DNA of 33,480 nucleotides from a virus: IMG/VR virus record IMGVR_UViG_3300028591_000144; one strand, 5' to 3'. Shown piece by piece: positions 28,872 to 33,480 of this stretch (position 1 is its first letter; each line of letters starts with the position of its first letter). The notes under the pieces were generated by a model. It saw only the letters and a program-made list of their open reading frames with translations, ran no database searches and was not told where the DNA came from. The position numbers and the translations under genes were made by a program.

Positions 28872-29093
28872 ATGAAAGTTTCTGTATGTAGTACTATTAC
28901 TTATCACTATGACGCTGATATCCCTGATGAACTGTGCGAAAAAGATGAAGATGGAGACCTTATTCATGAAAGAGATTTTCTTGAAGCTTGCTATGAAGCC
29001 GATCAGTCTGCGCTGACTAATGCAACTGACTGTGAATGCGACATTATCTCGGTATGGACTAAGGATGGCAAAGAGGGGCTTTATTATAGTTAA
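28872..29093 (+). CDS. acidic Cys-containing protein (73 aa)
   Basis: ORF track. SD GGAGAGGAGTAA. Confidence 0.65.
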   Translation: MKVSVCSTITYHYDADIPDELCEKDEDGDLIHERDFLEACYEADQSALTNATDCECDIISVWTKDGKEGLYYS

Positions 29094-29134
29094 AGCTCCT
29101 TAACTGCCTTGGTAAACTTTTCAAAAAAAAGTAT

Positions 29135-29163
29135 TTGACAAGCGCCAAAAGATAGTGTATAAT
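29135..29163 (+). promoter_or_regulatory. sigma70-type promoter TTGACA-17-TATAAT
   Basis: Hexamers read from sequence. Confidence 0.8.
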
Positions 29164-29193
29164 AAAACTACCAAAAGAAAAGGAGAAAAATCA

Positions 29194-29430
29194 ATGACTA
29201 CTATTAAAACAATTATGGTAAGCTCTGAGGAGCGCGATTCCCTGATGAAAGCAAATGACATTCTGATGCACTTCATGGCAACTGAGGCTGGTGAGGAATG
29301 TCTGAAAACTTGGGAATGGCTACTTGCTAATAATAAAGTTAAGAATGCGGCTGACCTTATCTCTACTGCTCTTTATGATATGTTTAATGAAGTTGTTTTG
29401 GAATGGAAGGAACCGACTTCACCACTTTAA
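29194..29430 (+). CDS. hypothetical protein (78 aa)
   Basis: SD AAAAGGAGAAAAATC. SD-proximal ATG preferred over track start. Confidence 0.65.
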   Translation: MTTIKTIMVSSEERDSLMKANDILMHFMATEAGEECLKTWEWLLANNKVKNAADLISTALYDMFNEVVLEWKEPTSPL

Positions 29431-29440
29431 TGTGGTGAAG
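29412..29440 (+). other. hairpin gacttcaccac-TTTAAT-gtggtgaagtc (cacTTTAATgtg loop family)
   Basis: Similar loop/closing pairs at 30390-30413 and 31757-31779 with different stems. Confidence 0.5.
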
Positions 29441-29516
29441 TCTCAACCCTGGCGGCCTGTCATTTTGCACATAAGAAATTAACTTTACTTTATGTATTTT
29501 TGTGTATTTTGCTATC

Positions 29517-29545
29517 TTGCAATTTTTCTAAGAATATGATATATT
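29517..29545 (+). promoter_or_regulatory. sigma70-type promoter TTGCAA-17-TATATT (TG-extended)
   Basis: Hexamers read from sequence. Confidence 0.7.
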
Positions 29546-29582
29546 ATACTTACGAAAAAGATAAAGAAAAGGAGTAAATCAA

Positions 29583-29759
29583 ATGAACAGTATTGAAAAA
29601 ATTATTGAAGGTATGAAACTTATAAAGGAAGGTTGTTCTGAGATTCCTGTCGGGGATTACAACTGCGGCAAATCAACCTGTCCCTTTGGTTTTCTTTGCT
29701 ATGGGGAACCAATTGACCCCCCAGTGGATTGGAACATTCCTGCGCCGCAGAATGAATGA
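29583..29759 (+). CDS. Cys-containing small protein (58 aa)
   Basis: SD AAAAGGAGTAAATC. Manual ORF. Confidence 0.55.
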   Translation: MNSIEKIIEGMKLIKEGCSEIPVGDYNCGKSTCPFGFLCYGEPIDPPVDWNIPAPQNE

Positions 29760-29773
29760 AAGGAATTGATAAA

Positions 29774-29992
29774 ATGAAAGGTAAAATCGCTTATTTGGCG
29801 GTAGTTGAAAAAGAAATTGAAATCCCTGATGAAATAGTTGAAATTTCCAAAAAGTCTTGGCCTAACTGGACGGATGAAGAAGAAGAAAAAATGGAACTTT
29901 TTTCTAAAAATGCATGGGATTCTATTGAAGATGATTATGATCGTATCGGTATTTACTATGAAGAAGATGGTGAAGACTACATACTTGAATAA
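29774..29992 (+). CDS. acidic protein (72 aa), paralog of 19898-20116
   Basis: SD AAAGGAATTGATAAA. MKGKIAYLAVVEKEIEIPDE matches MKAKVEYITKVVKEIEVPDK. Confidence 0.65.
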   Translation: MKGKIAYLAVVEKEIEIPDEIVEISKKSWPNWTDEEEEKMELFSKNAWDSIEDDYDRIGIYYEEDGEDYILE

Positions 29993-30029
29993 TTTTAAGA
30001 TGGTAAAATAATAGAAAGGATAATTAAAA

Positions 30030-30224
30030 ATGTTCAAAAATATTTTCCAGTGCATTTGGTGTATGGCATTTGCGGCATTTGATTTGATTAATCTTGTAAA
30101 TGGTAATGGCACTGCATGGCTAATGGGTATTCTCACAATCCTTATGACGGTATTGGCGGCATACTGGATGATCGAAATCAGGGATGAATTTATTAAAAGA
30201 TATGGCAAAGAAGATGACGAATAA
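30030..30224 (+). CDS. small membrane protein (64 aa)
   Basis: ORF track. SD AGAAAGGATAAT. Confidence 0.65.
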   Translation: MFKNIFQCIWCMAFAAFDLINLVNGNGTAWLMGILTILMTVLAAYWMIEIRDEFIKRYGKEDDE

Positions 30225-30243
30225 AAGTCATCTTCTTTTTTAT
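30215..30243 (+). terminator. rho-independent terminator
   Basis: aagaagatgac-gaataaaa-gtcatcttctt + TTTTT. Confidence 0.8.
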
Positions 30244-30245
30244 CT

Positions 30246-30283
30246 GCGCTTGGTTTTCGGGTGCTTCCCCCGGAAACCAAGCG
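30246..30283 (+). repeat. hairpin-C family member
   Basis: gcgcttggttttcggg-tgcttcc-cccggaaaccaagcg + TGTTTAGC. Confidence 0.7.
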
Positions 30284-30507
30284 TGTTTAGCTTATTATAT
30301 AAATTGTACAATTTTTTTAAGATATATTTATATAAAATACCATATTGTATTTTTCCTAATATAAAAATATTGATGAAATTATCTATAATACTTAAAAAAC
30401 TTCATCACTTTACTGTGGTGAAGCGCACGAGCAATAGTTACAATTCCTTTACAAAATAAAAAAAATATGTTATAATAAATTATAAAATTAAATAAAAGAG
30501 GTGAGTC

Positions 30508-30627
30508 ATTATAGATACCGAAGTTGTACAGGCGTTATTAGTTCTTGCTAAATTGTGCGCGAGCTGCGATAATTGTGCAGAGTGCGCTATTCGTGAGTAT
30601 TGCGGGAAGCTTCCTTTAGAATACTAA
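30508..30627 (+). CDS. possible Cys-rich peptide with non-AUG (ATT/ATA) start (about 39 aa, ...CASCDNCAECAIREYC...)
   Basis: Strong SD AAAGAGGTGA 3-4 nt before an ATT ATA start of a 39-codon open frame. GC-richer than flanks. No in-frame ATG. Confidence 0.3.
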   Translation: MIDTEVVQALLVLAKLCASCDNCAECAIREYCGKLPLEY

Positions 30628-30744
30628 TATCGTCAAGACCGGAACCTTACTAGGTCTGGTCGTATTTCCACGGGGCTATAATGGCTAGTTTTTTTGTGCA
30701 ATTATCTAGCATAAAAATTTTTTTCGCTATTTCCTGAAAGCCTA

Positions 30745-30773
30745 TTGACTTTTTAATAGTCTTGTGTTATATT
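30745..30773 (+). promoter_or_regulatory. sigma70-type promoter TTGACT-17-TATATT
   Basis: Hexamers read from sequence. Confidence 0.75.
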
Positions 30774-30806
30774 ATAATCACCAAGAGAAAAGGAGATAGA
30801 AATTTA

Positions 30807-31124
30807 ATGAGAACTTGCCCGAAATGTGGTTGCTATGTGCCTGATAAATGGATTACTTGTCCTGCTTGCGATGCAAAAGCAAAAATTGATAAAGAAACTC
30901 CTAATACATCTCCATACGATAATTCAGTGCCAAAAACTCCTAATGGGGTCTATCAAGTTAAAGTTTATTATAAAGATGGCGATACTGCAGATTATATTTT
31001 TGGAATGCGGGAAAATGCCATTAAATGCGCAGAGAAAAATATCGACCAGTTTTGGTATTGTATCAAAGACATTGAAGTATTTGATTGTAATGCTAAAGAA
31101 AAAATTGGAGTTTTTTATCCTTAA
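30807..31124 (+). CDS. zinc-ribbon protein (105 aa, CPKCG...CPAC)
   Basis: SD AAAAGGAGATAGAAAT. SD-proximal ATG preferred. Confidence 0.7.
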   Translation: MRTCPKCGCYVPDKWITCPACDAKAKIDKETPNTSPYDNSVPKTPNGVYQVKVYYKDGDTADYIFGMRENAIKCAEKNIDQFWYCIKDIEVFDCNAKEKIGVFYP

Positions 31125-31127
31125 TAC

Positions 31128-31156
31128 TTGACAACTGGTACAAAGTATGCTATACT
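31128..31156 (+). promoter_or_regulatory. sigma70-type promoter TTGACA-17-TATACT
   Basis: Hexamers read from sequence. Confidence 0.8.
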
Positions 31157-31185
31157 ATAATTACCAAAAGAAAAGGAGATAAAAA

Positions 31186-31311
31186 ATGGATTTAGTTCTG
31201 ATTATTCTTGGTATTCTGTATCTGTGCGGCATTAGTGTTGGGAAAGGCCTCGCTATCTGTGCAATTATTGAAGGGGTCTTAGTTCTTATTAAGGCTTTTT
31301 GTGATCTTTGA
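31186..31311 (+). CDS. small membrane peptide (41 aa)
   Basis: SD AAAAGGAGATAAAAA. Two hydrophobic segments. Manual ORF. Confidence 0.55.
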   Translation: MDLVLIILGILYLCGISVGKGLAICAIIEGVLVLIKAFCDL

Positions 31312-31327
31312 AAAGGAGATAAATAAA

Positions 31328-31492
31328 ATGGTTGTTGGCAAAATTGTTGGTATGTTTATTTTGTGGGTTGGAGTTGCTGTATACCCTCTTGCAGAGGATG
31401 ACCCTACCCCACGGACTTGGCACAAATTTCTTCAAAATCTTTTAGATTCTACCCCTATTATGATTGGGGCACTTCTTATGACTTGTCTGTGA
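31328..31492 (+). CDS. small membrane protein (54 aa)
   Basis: SD AAAAGGAGATAAATAAA. Confidence 0.6.
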   Translation: MVVGKIVGMFILWVGVAVYPLAEDDPTPRTWHKFLQNLLDSTPIMIGALLMTCL

Positions 31493-31505
31493 AGGAGAAA
31501 TAAAA

Positions 31506-31751
31506 ATGTGGAAAGATGATGGCAATTTAATCTTTAAGACAGAAGATGATGCAAGAGATAATCTATGGCAAAATCTTGATCTTTATAAAGAAGATATTTC
31601 AGAATTTCTTGAAGCGCGTGGAATCTGTTATTTTGATCTCATTGACGCTATTTCAATGGATTCCAAATCACAGCTTTCTGAGATCAGAGAAGCAATTAAT
31701 GATGCTATAGAATTTCTTTTTAATGAATACTACTCAGAGATAGGAGAATAA
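31506..31751 (+). CDS. acidic protein (81 aa)
   Basis: ORF track. SD GAAGGAGAAATAAAA. Confidence 0.7.
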   Translation: MWKDDGNLIFKTEDDARDNLWQNLDLYKEDISEFLEARGICYFDLIDAISMDSKSQLSEIREAINDAIEFLFNEYYSEIGE

Positions 31752-31802
31752 CTTTAACACTTTAATGTGTTAAAGTTTTGCCAGGGCGCTATGTTATTTA
31801 GA

Positions 31803-31838
31803 GAAAGAATTAAATTCTTTCTCTTTTTTTTATTAGCG
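31803..31838 (+). terminator. rho-independent terminator
   Basis: agagaaagaatt-aa-attctttctct + T8. Confidence 0.85.
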
Positions 31839-31845
31839 CTCAGTC

Positions 31846-31873
31846 TCCGGTTGTGCACATCCGGAGACTGAGC
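31846..31873 (+). repeat. hairpin-C family member
   Basis: gcgctcagtctccgg-ttgtgcacat-ccggagactgagcg + TCTTTG. Confidence 0.7.
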
Positions 31874-31936
31874 GTCTTTGTCTTTATTGTATAAAATACA
31901 CAATTTCCAGGCAATATATTTGTGCAATATTCCATC

Positions 31937-31964
31937 TTGTATTTTTCCTAAAACCTGCTATAAT
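31937..31964 (+). promoter_or_regulatory. sigma70-type promoter TTGTAT-16-TATAAT driving a non-coding transcript
   Basis: Hexamers read from sequence. Confidence 0.55.
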
Positions 31965-32115
31965 AATAATTGTCAAGGGGAGAGATGAGATGCCCCATGA
32001 AGACAGATACCCAAGTGGAAGAGCCTGCAAAGTAATTGACGCCGATTGCTTTACAACAGTCAAGCCTCAAAGGTGGAACAGAAACGAGTGGGGCGCTACA
32101 ATCTCAAAAAAATAA
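31965..32115 (+). ncRNA. candidate sRNA locus (family 1, copy 2)
   Basis: Begins AATTGTCAAGGGGAGA like the 17246 locus. Ends AAAAAAATAAAACCAACCCC before the next promoter. Confidence 0.45.
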
Positions 32116-32125
32116 AACCAACCCC

Positions 32126-32154
32126 TTGACAGCTTTAACCAAATATGATATAAT
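32126..32154 (+). promoter_or_regulatory. sigma70-type promoter TTGACA-17-TATAAT (TG-extended), tandem promoter 2
   Basis: Hexamers read from sequence. Confidence 0.8.
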
Positions 32155-32233
32155 AAAAACACCAAGAGCAAGAGTAGGTCAAGATTCAAAATGTGCGCCT
32201 TGAAAAATTTCTTGGAAGAGCCGAAAAAAAGTC

Positions 32234-32262
32234 TTGACAAACTTAACCAGATATGATATAAT
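32234..32262 (+). promoter_or_regulatory. sigma70-type promoter TTGACA-17-TATAAT (TG-extended), tandem promoter 3
   Basis: Hexamers read from sequence. Confidence 0.8.
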
Positions 32263-32426
32263 CTGGTTGTAAGGTAAGAAGCAAGCCAAGTGATGAGAAA
32301 ACTGATAGTCGGGTGAGAGAGAAGCGGTTACTGCTAATACACCTGCGCTAAGCGACTCGTAAAAATAGCTAAAAGCAAAAACAAAAAACTTAAGTGTAAT
32401 GAAAATTTAGTAAAGAGGTTGATACT

Positions 32427-32777
32427 ATGTCTACTAAGAAGATGTCCTATGTTACTGCCGTTGCCACTGTCCTCGAGGGTGGAGAGATCACTGAGGAAGT
32501 CCGTGAGCGTCTGGAAGCCCTGAAGGCTTCGCTGGAGAAGCGTGCTTCTCGTAAGTCTGAAGGCCCGACCAAGGCTCAGAAGGAGAACGCTGAGCTGGCT
32601 GAGAAGATCTACGGGGCTATGGTCCCTGAGGTTGAGTACAGCAATGCGTCCATTGCTGAGCTGCTTCCCGAGCTTGAGGGTGCAACCCCGCAGAAGATTA
32701 GTCCTCTGATGAAGCTCCTCGGTGAGCGGATCGTGGCCACTAAGGTCAAGGGCAAGGCCGTCTATCGGCTGGCCTAA
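32427..32777 (+). CDS. hypothetical protein (116 aa) with GC-rich, strongly biased codon usage. Lys/Glu/Ala-rich, possibly nucleic-acid binding
   Basis: ORF track. SD AAAGAGGTTGATAC. About 160-nt leader fed by three tandem strong promoters. Followed by terminator 32791-32826. Confidence 0.7.
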   Translation: MSTKKMSYVTAVATVLEGGEITEEVRERLEALKASLEKRASRKSEGPTKAQKENAELAEKIYGAMVPEVEYSNASIAELLPELEGATPQKISPLMKLLGERIVATKVKGKAVYRLA

Positions 32778-32790
32778 AAGATAGAGGGTA

Positions 32791-32826
32791 AGCTACTATA
32801 AGAAAGCCCCTACTGAAAAAGTAGGG
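32791..32826 (+). terminator. rho-independent terminator
   Basis: aaagcccctact-gaaaaa-gtaggggcttttt. Confidence 0.9.
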
Positions 32827-32836
32827 GCTTTTTGTT

Positions 32837-32875
32837 GGCCGATTGTTTGCGCGCGTCTCTTGCGCAAACAATCGG
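32837..32875 (+). repeat. hairpin-C family member, clearly separate from the adjacent intrinsic terminator
   Basis: ggccgattgtttgcgcgc-gtctct-tgcgcaaacaatcgg + TATTTAAG. Confidence 0.75.
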
Positions 32876-32936
32876 TATTTAAGTTTTTATATAATTTCTA
32901 CAATTTTTATACTATATATTTGTGCAATATTCCATA

Positions 32937-32965
32937 TTGCAATTTTCCTAAAAATATAGTATATT
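32937..32965 (+). promoter_or_regulatory. sigma70-type promoter TTGCAA-17-TATATT
   Basis: Hexamers read from sequence. Confidence 0.7.
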
Positions 32966-32997
32966 ATAATTACCAAAAAGATAAAGGAGATATTCAG

Positions 32998-33165
32998 ATG
33001 GATACTATTACAATTACAAAGGATAAAGCTATGTATGCGTTTTGCGCTTCTACTTGCGGTTGTGTTAAAGCAATCGATTGTGTCTACTATGGAAAATGCC
33101 CTGTTTGTTGTGAAGCAAGATATTTTCTTCAACGGCTGTATGAAAATCGGGAAAAAGAGGGGTAA
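32998..33165 (+). CDS. Cys-rich small protein (55 aa, CASTCGC...CPVCC)
   Basis: SD AAAGGAGATATTCAG. SD-proximal ATG preferred over the long track ORF. Confidence 0.6.
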   Translation: MDTITITKDKAMYAFCASTCGCVKAIDCVYYGKCPVCCEARYFLQRLYENREKEG

Positions 33166-33221
33166 TTAAACTCCTCTAACCACCCTTTTGCGTCGTTCAC
33201 AATTTATTTATAATTCATCTA

Positions 33222-33249
33222 TTGACATTTTAAAATTTTGTGGTATAAT
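33222..33249 (+). promoter_or_regulatory. sigma70-type promoter TTGACA-16-TATAAT (TG-extended. TTCACAATTTATTTATAATT upstream family)
   Basis: Hexamers read from sequence. Confidence 0.75.
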
Positions 33250-33278
33250 GAAACTACCAAAAGGAAAGGAAACAAAAA

Positions 33279-33479
33279 ATGAAAATCTATGTTGTAATTG
33301 AAGATATTGACGATTATCCCGAAGATGGCGGCGGTGAATATCCTGATGCGATTTTTTTGAATTATAACAATGCAGAAAAATACGCAAAAAGAAAGAAAAA
33401 AGAAGCTAACGCTTGGAAGAAAACTAATGTCTTTTATAGAATTGAAACTTGGGAAACTGCTGATGAAAAGGAGAAATGA
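33279..33479 (+). CDS. acidic/basic mixed small protein (66 aa)
   Basis: ORF track. SD AAAGGAAAGGAAAC. Confidence 0.6.
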   Translation: MKIYVVIEDIDDYPEDGGGEYPDAIFLNYNNAEKYAKRKKKEANAWKKTNVFYRIETWETADEKEK

Positions 33480-33480
33480 G

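Noticed and set aside
11714-32875. Interpreting the hairpin-C family as integron attC sites or a CRISPR array
   Set aside because: The hairpins lack the attC core (RYYYAAC ... GTTRRRY), and each cassette carries its own promoter, unlike integron cassettes. The repeats are not identical in sequence, and the spacers are kilobase-scale and contain genes, so it is not a CRISPR array.

Overview
This is an AT-rich 33.5-kb window (GC-richer only in some cargo ORFs and in the first 160 nt). It encodes about 90 small proteins of 15-189 aa, all on the + strand, with no large gene.

**Translation signals.** Nearly every gene has a strong Shine-Dalgarno (AAGGAG/GGAGG) 6-9 nt upstream, so the host is a low-GC, SD-using (Firmicutes-like) bacterium.

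**Two intergenic architectures.**
- 1-11.7 kb: twelve copies of a ~280-bp composite intergenic module. Each has a terminator, a G-triplet box CGTGCTGGGTAGGGCTGGGCAGC, an ACAAAA-rich tract, a hairpin, the promoter ATATTGCAA-N17-TAAGTT, and a structured about 90-nt leader. Twelve copies of a 27-nt box GGTAGACGGAACGCCTTAAAGACTCCG lie between co-directional genes.
- 11.8-33.5 kb: about 40 near-consensus sigma70-type promoters (TTGACW/TTGCAA-17-TATAAT), each preceded by an intrinsic terminator. Twenty-one copies of a structure-conserved, sequence-variable long hairpin (consensus GCGCT-stem-AGCGTCTTTA) also precede them.

**Other features.**
- One tRNA-like gene.
- Four sRNA-like non-coding loci in two homologous pairs.
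- Many paralog pairs and a duplicated three-gene operon with a swapped middle gene.
- 22-23-nt poly(A) tracts in two 5' UTRs.
- An in-frame TGA at a conserved Trp codon.
- Families of tiny hydrophobic peptides and many highly acidic small proteins.

The overall picture resembles a phage early / host-takeover or anti-defence supermodule, as in large virulent Firmicutes phages, built from shuffled promoter-gene-terminator cassettes. No protein could be assigned a function with confidence.
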